64,000 nucleotides of DNA, taken from an uncultured Chloroflexia bacterium. GTDB lineage: Bacteria; Chloroflexota; Limnocylindria; Limnocylindrales; CSP1-4. The DNA lies in NCBI GenBank assembly GCA_963763775.1, contig CAVXPZ010000003.1:448001-512000 (forward strand), in the 5' to 3' direction. Under the pieces are notes generated by a model. That model searched no databases. It was not told the DNA's origin and saw only the letters and a list, made by a program, of their open reading frames with translations. This document shows positions 34,408 to 43,951 of this stretch, in pieces (position 1 is the stretch's first letter; every line of letters begins with the position of its first letter). Position numbers and translations under genes: made by a program.

Positions 34408-34862
34408 GATGCCTCCTCGGACATCGGCTCGCGCACCACCCAGACGGTGCACGGCGCGTTCTGCAGGACATACGGGATGGTTCGCCCGATCGCGAAGTCG
34501 CCGCCGAAGCGCGTCCGGAACGGCACGCCAAGGACGATCAGGTCCGCGTCGCGTTCGACGGCCTCGTCGACGATCGCCGCTCCGACGTCACGGGCCTGGA
34601 GGAGGACCGGTTCCATGGTCTGCTTCCACTCCTCGGCGACGGCCTCGGCGACGTCGAGGACCTGCTGGACCTCCTCGGACCGTCCGGCGATATCGGCGTC
34701 GAGCGGCAGCGTCCAGTCGATCTCGACGACATGGACCGCGACGAGCTCGGCTTTCGAGAACTTGGCATGCATCGCCGCGAGCCGGATGATCCGGGCATCG
34801 CTGGGGCCACCGTTGAGGGCGAGGACCGCGCGGCGAAAGGCAGGTAGGTGGTTATCTCCCAT
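34404..34862 (-). CDS. Universal stress protein
   Basis: AIVDEAVERDADLIVLG...YVLQNAPCTVWVV. Confidence 0.88.
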   Translation of the reverse strand: MGDNHLPAFRRAVLALNGGPSDARIIRLAAMHAKFSKAELVAVHVVEIDWTLPLDADIAGRSEEVQQVLDVAEAVAEEWKQTMEPVLLQARDVGAAIVDEAVERDADLIVLGVPFRTRFGGDFAIGRTIPYVLQNAPCTVWVVREPMSEEAS

Positions 34863-34891
34863 GGGCGGCGGTCACGATACCACCGTCCCGG

Positions 34892-36943
34892 TCACGACCG
34901 GTTCGCGCGGTCCGGTGCCTCGGGCGTCTCGTCGGGCTCGGGATCCTCACGCCGATACGGTACGCCGACCACGACCGTGTGTGGCCGCCCCAGCAGGACG
35001 GACCGCAGGCGCTTCGCCGCCTGGTTGTAGAGGATGCGCTCCCACCAGCTCCGGGCGACATACTCGGGGACGACGACGAAGGTGATCGGGTCAGGCTTGT
35101 CCGGTGGCCACGCGGCGTCGAGGACGTCGAGATAGGCCAGGAACGGACCGGCGAGCGACCGGTACGGCGACTCCACGACCACGAGCGGGATGCCGGGGAT
35201 CTGCCGCTCGAACTGCTCGCGAAGCTCGATCGCCGCCTCTGGGTCGTCCGAGATGTAGACCGCCCGGACGTCGTCGCTGATCGACCGCGCCACGTTCACG
35301 GCCTGGACGACCGCCCGGTTGAGACTCGGGATCGGGATGACGACCCGTTCCTCGCGATGCGGCGCGTCGACGATCAGGTCGGGCCGCACCGCCAGCTCGC
35401 GCCTGGAACGGGCGTACTGGTGGTTGATGAACAGCATCATCGCGACGAGGCTGGGGATGAGGATCACGATCAGGTAGGCGCCGTTGAAGAACTTCTCCGA
35501 GACGACGATGAGCAGGACCACCGCGGTCAGGACGGCCCCGGACGCGTTGATCCCGAGCCGCCAGTGCCACCCGGTGGATCGCTCGTCCCACCAATGGCGG
35601 ACCATGCCGATCTGGCTGAGCGTGAAGCAGACGAACACGCCGACGGAGTACAGCGGGATCAGGGAGTGCGTGTCGCCGCCGAACGCCCACAGCAGCCCGA
35701 ACGCGACGGCGGCCAACAGCACGATGCCCCACGAGTACGCGAGCCGGTCGCCGCGGAACGAGAACTGGCGGGGCATGTACCCGTCCTCGGCGAGGATCGC
35801 GGCCAGGCGCGGGAAGGCGTTGAAGCTGGTGTTCGCGGCGAGGAACAGGATGAGCGCCGTGCTCACCGCGAAGAGGACGAACAACGGCGAGCCCTCGCCA
35901 TAGATGGCCTGCGCGGCGAGCGCGACGACCGACGCGCCACCCTCCTGCGTCGGCAGGACGGCGAACTGGATCGCCACGAGGGTCAGGCCGATGAACAGGA
36001 TCGCCAGGAGGATCGACATCGCGGACATCGTGTTCGCGGCGTTCTTCGACTCGGGCGGTTGGAACGCCGGGACGCCGTTCGCGATCGCCTCGACGCCGGT
36101 CAGAGCCACCGAGCCGCCGGCGAACGCCTTCAGCAGGAGCAGGACGCCGAGCGCCTCGGTCCCGAACGGCACGGTGTCCGGCGGCGGCGGGAGCGGGGTC
36201 ACGTTCCCCGTGATGATCTGGCCGACACCGATCGCCACGATGCCGAGGGCGAGCACGAGGAACGCGTACGTCGGGATGGCGAAGATGTTCCCCGACTCAC
36301 GGAGACCGCGCAGGTTGGCGATCGTGATGAGCGAGATCGAGACGAACGCGATCTCGATCCGGAAGTCGTACGCGGCGGGGATGACGGACTGGATCTGGGC
36401 GATCGCGGCCGCGGTCGAGACCGAGACCGTCATGACGTAGTCGATGAGCAGGGCGGCCGCCGCGATCAGACCGAAGATCGGCGCGAGGTTCGTCTTCGCG
36501 ACGACATACGCGCCGCCGCCGTTGGGATAGGCGCGGCACACCTGCCGGTACGACAGGGAGACCACGGCCAGGAGCACGGAGATCGCGATCGCGACCTGGA
36601 GCGACAGGAGCACCGCGCTCGCCCCAGCGAGGACCAGGACCCGCAGGATCTCCTCGGTGGCGTACGCGGACGAGCTGATGGCGTCCGAGCTGAAGATCGC
36701 GAGGGCCTTCTTCTTCGACAGGCGTTCGCCGATCTCCTCCTCGGTGGAGAGCGGCCGCCCGAAGACGATCGACCGTGTGCGCTGGAGGAACCGTCGTGTC
36801 GGCGTCAATTCGACGTTCGTCGCCGCCTTGGCGACCATCTGCCCAGGTCCGGTGTAGCGGAAGTAGGGTGCGTGCGGACGCTCGACGCGGACGCGGCGGT
36901 CGGCGGGTTTGCGGCCCTTCAAGGGCCGCCGGCCTCCGATCAA
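34892..36943 (-). CDS. APC-family permease, KimA/YdaO-like
   Basis: FSSDAISSSAYATEE, AYPNGGGAY, ALTGVEAIANGVP, LIPLYSVGVF, cytoplasmic ESPYRSL domain; TTG 36943 with GGAGA SD. Confidence 0.9.
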   Translation of the reverse strand: MIGGRRPLKGRKPADRRVRVERPHAPYFRYTGPGQMVAKAATNVELTPTRRFLQRTRSIVFGRPLSTEEEIGERLSKKKALAIFSSDAISSSAYATEEILRVLVLAGASAVLLSLQVAIAISVLLAVVSLSYRQVCRAYPNGGGAYVVAKTNLAPIFGLIAAAALLIDYVMTVSVSTAAAIAQIQSVIPAAYDFRIEIAFVSISLITIANLRGLRESGNIFAIPTYAFLVLALGIVAIGVGQIITGNVTPLPPPPDTVPFGTEALGVLLLLKAFAGGSVALTGVEAIANGVPAFQPPESKNAANTMSAMSILLAILFIGLTLVAIQFAVLPTQEGGASVVALAAQAIYGEGSPLFVLFAVSTALILFLAANTSFNAFPRLAAILAEDGYMPRQFSFRGDRLAYSWGIVLLAAVAFGLLWAFGGDTHSLIPLYSVGVFVCFTLSQIGMVRHWWDERSTGWHWRLGINASGAVLTAVVLLIVVSEKFFNGAYLIVILIPSLVAMMLFINHQYARSRRELAVRPDLIVDAPHREERVVIPIPSLNRAVVQAVNVARSISDDVRAVYISDDPEAAIELREQFERQIPGIPLVVVESPYRSLAGPFLAYLDVLDAAWPPDKPDPITFVVVPEYVARSWWERILYNQAAKRLRSVLLGRPHTVVVGVPYRREDPEPDETPEAPDRANRS

Positions 36944-37108
36944 CGGATCTCCATTCGCTGGTGGGCGGGCGCCGGGCCGACCTCCGCTCCCTCCCGGGGA
37001 CGGGACGCGGTCCAGGACCGTCGGCTCGCGTCGGACGAGTCCGGCCGGGCGTGGTGGCGCCGATTGGTTATACAGCAACCGGCCTGCCGGCGGCCGGTCG
37101 GACCATGG

Positions 37109-37831
37109 TCACACACCGTGGTAGAGCCGTTCCGCCAGTCGGGTGGGCAGCCCTGCAGCCCGCATCGCGACCGCCACCGGATCGATGTCGTAGGGGACGC
37201 GGTGCCACGTCGCGGACCGCGCGGCGACATCGAGGATCAGGTAGCTCGAACGCGGGTCGCCATCGCGAGGCTGGCCGACGCTCCCGGGGTTGAGGAAGGC
37301 CCGCCGTGTCTCGAAGGTCACGGTGTCGCGATCGCCGGGCATCTCGCCGTGGACTCGGTCGCCCGCCCCCAGCCACGCGATCGGGACGTGCGTGTGGCCG
37401 TGCAGGCCGTGTCGGGTCGTCAGCGCGGCGAAGCTGGCCCCAGCGATGCGTTCGCTCGTGACGTACTCCCACGTCGGGTCGCGCGGGCTGCCGTGCACGA
37501 GCGTCACGTCATCCTCGACGCGGCGCTCCGGCAGGGCTGCGAGCCACGCCGTGGTCGTCGCGGACAGGTGCCGTCGCGTCCAGAGCATGGCATCGCGCGC
37601 CTCGGGGTTGAACGCGTCGATCTCCTTGCCGCCGAGGGCCGCGGCGTCGTGGTTGCCGCGGACGCCGAGGGCCCCACGCTCCGAGAGACGTCCCACCACG
37701 CCGTCGGGGTCCGGGCCATAGCCGACGACGTCGCCCAGGTGCCAGATCGCGTCCACGCTCCCGGCGTGGGCGAGCACCGCGTCGAGGGCGACGAGATTGC
37801 TATGGATGTCCGAGAGCACGGCGATCCGCAT
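37109..37831 (-). CDS. Metallophosphoesterase family protein
   Basis: SDIHSN, GDVVGYG, GNHD, HGSP, GHTH, NPGSVGQPRD. Confidence 0.92.
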   Translation of the reverse strand: MRIAVLSDIHSNLVALDAVLAHAGSVDAIWHLGDVVGYGPDPDGVVGRLSERGALGVRGNHDAAALGGKEIDAFNPEARDAMLWTRRHLSATTTAWLAALPERRVEDDVTLVHGSPRDPTWEYVTSERIAGASFAALTTRHGLHGHTHVPIAWLGAGDRVHGEMPGDRDTVTFETRRAFLNPGSVGQPRDGDPRSSYLILDVAARSATWHRVPYDIDPVAVAMRAAGLPTRLAERLYHGV

Positions 37832-37858
37832 CGAACGGTCAGCCTAGCAGCGGGTCGG

Positions 37859-38635
37859 TCACCACGGACGACGCTTGCGTGCCGCGGGATCTCGCGGATA
37901 CGCCGCCGGCACGCGCCCGCGGCTCGTGACGATGACGAGCCGATGCCCGTCGAGGCCGGTGATCCGCGGCTCGACGGACGTGACGGTCCCGCCGCCGAGC
38001 GCGTCGATCGCGCGGCGCGCGGCCGCGACCTCGTCGACCAGGTCGCCGCGCTTCCAGGCGACGAGGACGCCGCCCGGCATCAGCAGCGGGAAGCTCAGCT
38101 CGACCAGTTCGGCGAGTGCCGCGACGGCCCGCGCGGTGACAGCGGGCCAGCGGCCGCGGTGCGCCCCATCCGCGGCGAGGGCTTCGGCGCGGACCGGCGC
38201 GACCTGCACGGCGCCGGCGTGGGTCGCCTCGACCGCCGTCTCGAGGAAGCGCGCCTTCTTGGCCGTCGGTTCCACGAGGAGCGCCTGGACAGCGGGCAGG
38301 GCCGCCGCGAGTGGGAGGCCGGGATACCCACCCCCCGAGCCGAGATCGAGGAAGGTGTCGATCCCACGCTCGCGCATCGGGGCGACCGCGGTCAGGCTGT
38401 CGAGGACGTGGGCTCGCGCGACATCGGCCGGGGCCCGGATCGCCGTGAGGTTGACGGCGACCGTCCACGCCAGGAGCAGGCGCACCTGGCCGTCGATGGC
38501 GCCACGCGCCTCGGGCGTGAGGGTCAGGCCGAGCTCGGCGAGCCCGGCGTCGACGACGTGGCCGTACTCGGGCGGGAGCTCGGGAAGGCCATCGACGCGC
38601 GTCGGGAGCGGCTCACGCGCGGGAAGGATGGGCAC
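37859..38635 (-). CDS. rsmG: 16S rRNA (guanine527-N7) methyltransferase (start approximate)
   Basis: NLTAI, HVLDSL, DLGSGGGYPGLPLA, RAE, TARAVA. Confidence 0.9.
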   Translation of the reverse strand: MPILPAREPLPTRVDGLPELPPEYGHVVDAGLAELGLTLTPEARGAIDGQVRLLLAWTVAVNLTAIRAPADVARAHVLDSLTAVAPMRERGIDTFLDLGSGGGYPGLPLAAALPAVQALLVEPTAKKARFLETAVEATHAGAVQVAPVRAEALAADGAHRGRWPAVTARAVAALAELVELSFPLLMPGGVLVAWKRGDLVDEVAAARRAIDALGGGTVTSVEPRITGLDGHRLVIVTSRGRVPAAYPRDPAARKRRPW

Positions 38636-38682
38636 GCCTCCTGTGGTCCACGTGCCGGCTCCTCGCGCGGCGCCGCTCCCGG

Positions 38683-38808
38683 CGTCGGCATCGTTTCGCA
38701 CCGCGGGAGCTGGTTCGGTCTTCCGCCATCCGTCCGGTTCGTGGTCGGGTCTCCCCGTACCCCTCGCGGACCGCGTTACCCTGCCGTCCCCAGTGCGGAT
38801 GCCGGACG
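38683..38808 (-). ncRNA. Candidate structured RNA or 5' leader (long irregular hairpin, GAGA tetraloop)
   Basis: Pairings by eye on the minus strand: GGCATC/GATGCC, CGCAC/GTGCG, GTCCG/CGGAC, CGGG-GAGA-CCCG; lies just downstream of a promoter. Confidence 0.35.
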
Positions 38809-38834
38809 TTACGGCGGTGACGGCGGGGCGTCAA
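38806..38834 (-). promoter_or_regulatory. sigma70 promoter TTGACG-N17-TAACGT
   Basis: -35 at 38829-38834, -10 at 38806-38811. Confidence 0.7.
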
Positions 38835-38838
38835 CGCG

Positions 38839-38881
38839 GTTATCCACCAACTGCCCGGGGTGTCCACGATTCGTGGATAAC
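38839..38881. promoter_or_regulatory. DnaA-box cluster
   Basis: TTATCCACC 38840-38848, GTGTCCACG 38860-38868, CGTGGATAA 38872-38880; the outer two match TTATCCACA at 8/9 and are inverted. Confidence 0.6.
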
Positions 38882-38938
38882 TCGGGCCGGGACGCGAGGC
38901 CGGGCGCCAGGTGGCGCCGCGCGGCGCTGGGCCGGATG

Positions 38939-39295
38939 CTAGGTGGCGCGGCCGCTCCCGCGGACCGGGCGGCCCAGCGTCCGCCGGACCACGTCGATGA
39001 CCTCGTCGACGTACTGGTCCGCCTCCCCGGCCTCCGCGGCGGTCCGGACACAGCCCTGGACGTGGTCCTCGAGCAAGAGGATCGAGAGCGAGTCGACCGC
39101 GGCCCGGAGCGCCGACGTCTGCTGGAGGATGTCGACGCAGTACTCCTCGCGCTCGATCATCCGCGCGATGCCGCGGACCTGGCCCTCCATCCGCGACAGG
39201 CGGCGGACGAGCTGGGCCTTGTCCTTGGAGTAGCTGTGCCGGAAGTGGCTCGGGTCCGGGGCGGGGGCCGGGCGGCGGCCGGAGGTGGCTGGCAT
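38939..39295 (-). CDS. csoR: CsoR-family copper-sensing repressor
   Basis: RLSRMEGQVRGI, YCVDILQQ, LEDHVQGCV (Cys-His-Cys ligand set). Confidence 0.85.
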   Translation of the reverse strand: MPATSGRRPAPAPDPSHFRHSYSKDKAQLVRRLSRMEGQVRGIARMIEREEYCVDILQQTSALRAAVDSLSILLLEDHVQGCVRTAAEAGEADQYVDEVIDVVRRTLGRPVRGSGRAT

Positions 39296-39344
39296 CGGTG
39301 TGTCGTCCTCGAACGTGGCGGCCGCTCCACGCGACCGTCACCCG

Positions 39345-39369
39345 ATCGTACCATACCCCCAGGGGGTAT
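39345..39369 (-). promoter_or_regulatory. CsoR operator ATACCCCC-A-GGGGGTAT next to extended -10 TGgTACGAT
   Basis: Perfect palindrome 39353-39369 of the TAC-C-tract/G-tract-GTA type, directly upstream of csoR. Confidence 0.85.
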
Positions 39370-39434
39370 CCATCGACGATGGCGCGACGACGTGGTGCCC
39401 GGCCGGACCGGCGCTTCGGATAGACTGTGGGCCG

Positions 39435-39931
39435 ATGGACCATCGACGCGCCGTGACGGCCTCGTTCGCCCACGCCAGCGAGGCGGAGATGGCACGGATC
39501 CTCGACTTCTACGAGGTCCGGTGGGAGTACGAGCCCCACACGTTCCCGATCCTCTGGAACCTCGACGGGGCCGTCGTCGAAAGCTTCTCGCCGGACTTCT
39601 ACCTCCCCGACCTCGACCTCTACCTCGAGATGACGACGCTCCGCCAGAAGCTCGTCCGCAAGAAGAACCGCAAGCTGCGCCGCCTGCGCGAGCTGTACCC
39701 CGACCTGTCGATCAAGCTCTTCTACGCGCGGGACTTCCGGGCGCTGATGCTCAAGTACGGCCGGCTCGCGCTGGTCGACGACCTCTCCGGGACGTCCGGC
39801 CAGGTCGTGCCGGTGCGTGACGTCGCGCCGTCGGCCCCCGGGCCCGAGCCGGTCCCGGCCGTCCGCCCGGCGCGCCGCCGACGTCCGACCACGGCCGTAC
39901 CCACCGTCACGGAGGGACCCGCGATCATCCG

Positions 39932-39935
<4 letters not shown>
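39435..39935 (+). CDS. Conserved hypothetical protein with PD-(D/E)XK-like motif
   Basis: SEAEMARILD, WEYEP, FSPDFYLPDLDLYLEMTT; ATGA overlap with hpt. Confidence 0.75.
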
Positions 39936-40504
<569 letters not shown>

Positions 40505-40506
40505 CG

Positions 40507-40947
40507 ATGCATCGGCGGCCCCTGGGTCACGGCCGGACGCTGGCGGCGATCGCCGGGGTCCTCATCGTCGTCGGGTGCGTCCTGCCGTGGTGGAAGGTCG
40601 GCGGCGGCGAGAGCGGCATCACGCCGCTGAGCGGCAACGGCTTCGACGGCGCCGGGATGCTCGTCTTCCTGGTCGGCATCGCGACGCTCGCGCTCGTCGC
40701 CCTCCCGTACGCCGCCGGCGACCGGCCACTCGGGATCGACCGCTGGCTCACCTTCCTGCTGCTCACCATCGTCGGCTGGATCGGCCTCGCGATCCGGGTG
40801 GTCAGCCTCCTGCTCGACGGCGCGTTCACATTCACGGAGCCCGCCCAGGTCTTCACGAACGGGCCCGGGCTATGGCTCACGGCGATCGGGCTCGTGGTGC
40901 TGTCGCGCGCCACGTACGACATGGCCCGCGAACCGTCCTGGCGCTGA
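40507..40947 (+). CDS. Hypothetical membrane protein (4 TM)
   Basis: LPWW, GPGLWL hydrophobic pattern. Confidence 0.75.
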   Translation: MHRRPLGHGRTLAAIAGVLIVVGCVLPWWKVGGGESGITPLSGNGFDGAGMLVFLVGIATLALVALPYAAGDRPLGIDRWLTFLLLTIVGWIGLAIRVVSLLLDGAFTFTEPAQVFTNGPGLWLTAIGLVVLSRATYDMAREPSWR

Positions 40948-40970
40948 CCGACAGAGGCCGCCCGCCCGCC

Positions 40971-41642
40971 GTGCGCCGCATCGCGGCGGTGACGATCGGC
41001 GCCGCTCCGCGGCCCGACCTGACCGACGGGCTCCGCGCCGCCATCGACGACGCGGGCGTCGGCGAGATCGTCGTGCTCGAGGTCGGGGCGCTCGACGACC
41101 TGCCCGATGGCGTGTCGCCTCCGCCGCCCGGCCCGGGGAGCTACCCGCTCACGACGCGCCGGCGCGACGGCCGCCTGATCGTGGCCGAGGAAGCGTGGCT
41201 CTCGCCGCGCGTCGCGGCCGCCGTCCAGCGGGCCGGATCCGCCGGGGTGGAGCTCACCCTGCTCCTGTGCGCCGGCGGGTTCGCGTCGGTGCGTGCCACG
41301 GCGCCGCTCATCCGGCCGTTCGACGTCGCGGTCGCGCGCCTGCTCGAGCTTGGCGCCCGACGGCTCGGCGTCGTCGTGCCCATCGACGGGCAGGTGGAGC
41401 CCTCGCGGGGGAGATGGACGGCGGCCGGCTTCATCGCGGACGTGATGGCCGGTTCGCCCGGCGACGTCGGGCGGTTCGGTGGGTCCGATCGCACGTCAGG
41501 GGCCGTCGATGCCATCGTGCTGGACTTCGTCGGTCATCCGCCGCCGGCGGTGGCCGCGGCCGCGGCGATCGCGGACGGGACCCCGGTCGTCGACCTGCTC
41601 GCCGTTTCCATCGAGGCGGTGGTCGCTACGATGCGACGATGA
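40971..41642 (+). CDS. AroM-family protein
   Basis: VTIGAAPRPDL, EVGALDDL, YPLTTRRRDG, LLCAGGF, IVLDFVGH. Confidence 0.7.
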   Translation: MRRIAAVTIGAAPRPDLTDGLRAAIDDAGVGEIVVLEVGALDDLPDGVSPPPPGPGSYPLTTRRRDGRLIVAEEAWLSPRVAAAVQRAGSAGVELTLLLCAGGFASVRATAPLIRPFDVAVARLLELGARRLGVVVPIDGQVEPSRGRWTAAGFIADVMAGSPGDVGRFGGSDRTSGAVDAIVLDFVGHPPPAVAAAAAIADGTPVVDLLAVSIEAVVATMRR

Positions 41643-42551
41643 CCGCGATCGAGCGCCTCGAGGGCGTCTGGAACATCGTCCCGACGCCGTTCGCCCCGGA
41701 CGGCACCCTCGACGCCGCGAGCCTCCCCGGGCTGACGCGGTTCGTGGCCGGCTGCGGGGTCGATGGGATGACGATCCTCGGCGTGCTCGGCGAGGCGGGC
41801 AAGCTGTCGGACGCTGAGCGCACCACGGTCATCGACGGCGTCATCGCGGCGGCCGGCGACCTGCCGGTGTGCGTGGGCGTGAGCCACGCCGCCACCGACC
41901 GGGCCGTCGCCTTCGCCCGCGAGGCCGCCGACCATGGGGGCGCACTCGGTGATGCTCGCGCCGCCGGCCCTCGCCCGGCCGAATGACGCGGCCATCCTGG
42001 CGCACTACCTCGCGGTCGCCGACGCGATCGGGCTGCCGATCGTCGTCCAGGACCATCCCGCGAGCAGCGGCGTCCACATGACCGTCGAGCTGCTCGCGAC
42101 GATCGCCGACCGGGCGCCGACCTGCCGGGTCGTCAAGCTCGAGGACGAGCCGAGCCCGCCCAAGGTGGCCCGGCTACGGGCCGCGGCGCCGGACGTCCGG
42201 ATCCTCGGTGGCCTCGGCGCCATCATGCTGCTCGAGGAGCTGCGCCGGGGCGCCGTCGGGACCATGACCGGCTTCGGGTTCCCCGAGGCGCTCGTGGACA
42301 TCGTGTCCCGCTTCCGCTCGGGCGACGAGGCGGGGGCGCAAGCCGCCTTCTTCCGGATCGTCCCGCTCATCCGCTTCGAGAACCAGCCCGGCCTGAATCT
42401 TGCGATCCGCAAGCACCTGTACCGGCGGCGCGGGGCGATCGCGTCGGAGCGGGTCCGCGCCCCCGGACCGGCGATGGACCCCGGCACGATCGCCGACCTC
42501 GACGCGATCCTGGTGGCGCTCGGCCTCGACGGTCGCGTCGGCCCGGCCTAG
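41639..42551 (+). CDS. Dihydrodipicolinate synthase-family aldolase/dehydratase (frameshift near 41935)
   Basis: PTPFAPDGTLD, LGVLGEA, VKLED Schiff-base Lys, GTMTGF. Confidence 0.85.
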
Positions 42552-42568
42552 GGCCCCGCCCGCCGACG

Positions 42569-43945
42569 ATGGACGCCGAGCTCGTCATCACCGGCGGCAC
42601 GCTGGTCACGCCCGACGGCGTCCGACGCGGCGCGCTCGCCGTCGCGGAGGGCCGGATCGTCGCGGTCGGCACGGACGCCGAGATGCCCGAGGCGCGCGAG
42701 CGGGTCGACGCGACCGGCCGCATGGTCCTTCCGGGGCTCGTCGACACGCACGTCCACGCCCGCGACCCGAGCGTCGACGCGCGCGAGGACTTCGCGTCGG
42801 CCACGGCGGCGGCGGCCGTCGGCGGCATCACGACGATCATGGAGATGCCGATCTCGACGCCGTCGGTCCACGACCGGGCGACCTTCGAGGCCCGGGCGGC
42901 GATCGTCGGCCCCAAGGCCCACGTCGATTTCGCGCTCTACGGCGGGGCGGCCGGGGACAACCTCGACACGATCGAGGAACAGGCGGCGGCCGGCGCCGTG
43001 GCCTTCAAGACGTTCCGGACCTCGCCGCCGGCCGGCCGTGAGCGCGAGTTCACCGGGCTCTGTGCGCCGGACCCCGCCGACTACCGACGCGCCCTCGAGC
43101 GCGTCGCCCGGACCGGTCTGATCTCCGCCGTGCACGCCGAGGACGCCGTGATGCTCGCGGCCGCGGCGACCGCCCTCCAGGCGGCCGGCGACCGCGGACC
43201 GCTGAGTCATGCCCGCTGGCGTCCGGAGATCGTCGAGCTGACCTCGGCAGCCGAGTGCCTGGAACTCGCCCGCGTCACGGGCGCCCGCCTCGAGCTGGCC
43301 CACTGCTCGACCCCCCGGGCGATCGACCTCGCCACCCGTGCCCGCGACGCCGGGCAGGCGGTGACCGTCGAGACGTGCCCGCACTACCTGTTCCTCACCG
43401 AGGCCGACCTCGAGCGGCACGGCCCGTTCGCGAAGATCAACCCGGCGCTGCGCGCTGACGAGGCCGTGGCCGGGCTCTGGGACCGCCTCGCCCGCGGCGA
43501 GATCGATGTCATCGGCTCGGACCACTCGCCGTTCCTCGTCGAGGAGAAGGCTCCGTTCGCCGACGACCTGTGGGGCGCCCTCCCCGGCGCGCCGGGTCTG
43601 GAGGCGCTGCTCCCCCTCATGCTCACCGCCGTCGCCGACGGGCGGCTCGACTGGTCGCGCCTCGTGGCGGTGACCAGCGCGAACGCCGCGCGGATCTTCG
43701 GTCTCGGTTCGAAGGGGGCGCTGCGGGTCGGCGCGGACGCGGACGTCGTGATCGTCGACCCGGGCCGCCGATGGACGATCGATGTGACGCGCTGGCTGAC
43801 GCGATCCAAGGGGACCGCCGCGATCTGGCACGGGCGTGACGTCACGGGAGCCCCGGTCGCCACCTTCGTCCGTGGACGACCGGTCGCGGTGGACGGCGTG
43901 CTGGTCGGCGAGCGCGGGTCCGGCCGCCTGGTCCGCCCGGACTGA
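42569..43945 (+). CDS. Allantoinase/dihydroorotase-family cyclic amidohydrolase
   Basis: PGLVDTHVH, AFK, VHAED, ETCPHYL, KINPALR, GSDHSP. Confidence 0.88.
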   Translation: MDAELVITGGTLVTPDGVRRGALAVAEGRIVAVGTDAEMPEARERVDATGRMVLPGLVDTHVHARDPSVDAREDFASATAAAAVGGITTIMEMPISTPSVHDRATFEARAAIVGPKAHVDFALYGGAAGDNLDTIEEQAAAGAVAFKTFRTSPPAGREREFTGLCAPDPADYRRALERVARTGLISAVHAEDAVMLAAAATALQAAGDRGPLSHARWRPEIVELTSAAECLELARVTGARLELAHCSTPRAIDLATRARDAGQAVTVETCPHYLFLTEADLERHGPFAKINPALRADEAVAGLWDRLARGEIDVIGSDHSPFLVEEKAPFADDLWGALPGAPGLEALLPLMLTAVADGRLDWSRLVAVTSANAARIFGLGSKGALRVGADADVVIVDPGRRWTIDVTRWLTRSKGTAAIWHGRDVTGAPVATFVRGRPVAVDGVLVGERGSGRLVRPD

Positions 43946-43951
43946 CCGACC

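Noticed and set aside
36944-37070. c-di-AMP riboswitch directly before the KimA-like gene
   Set aside because: The consensus elements (GAATCC, GGGGAACC, CAGCTAAC) are not found.
38839-38881. oriC
   Set aside because: Only 2-3 boxes, no AT-rich unwinding element, and no dnaA/dnaN/parAB in the window.
29164-39820. Very long plus-strand ORFs (1177 aa, 1613 aa) and similar antisense ORFs across the window
   Set aside because: These are shadow ORFs opposite well-supported minus-strand genes, expected at this GC content, with no recognisable motifs.
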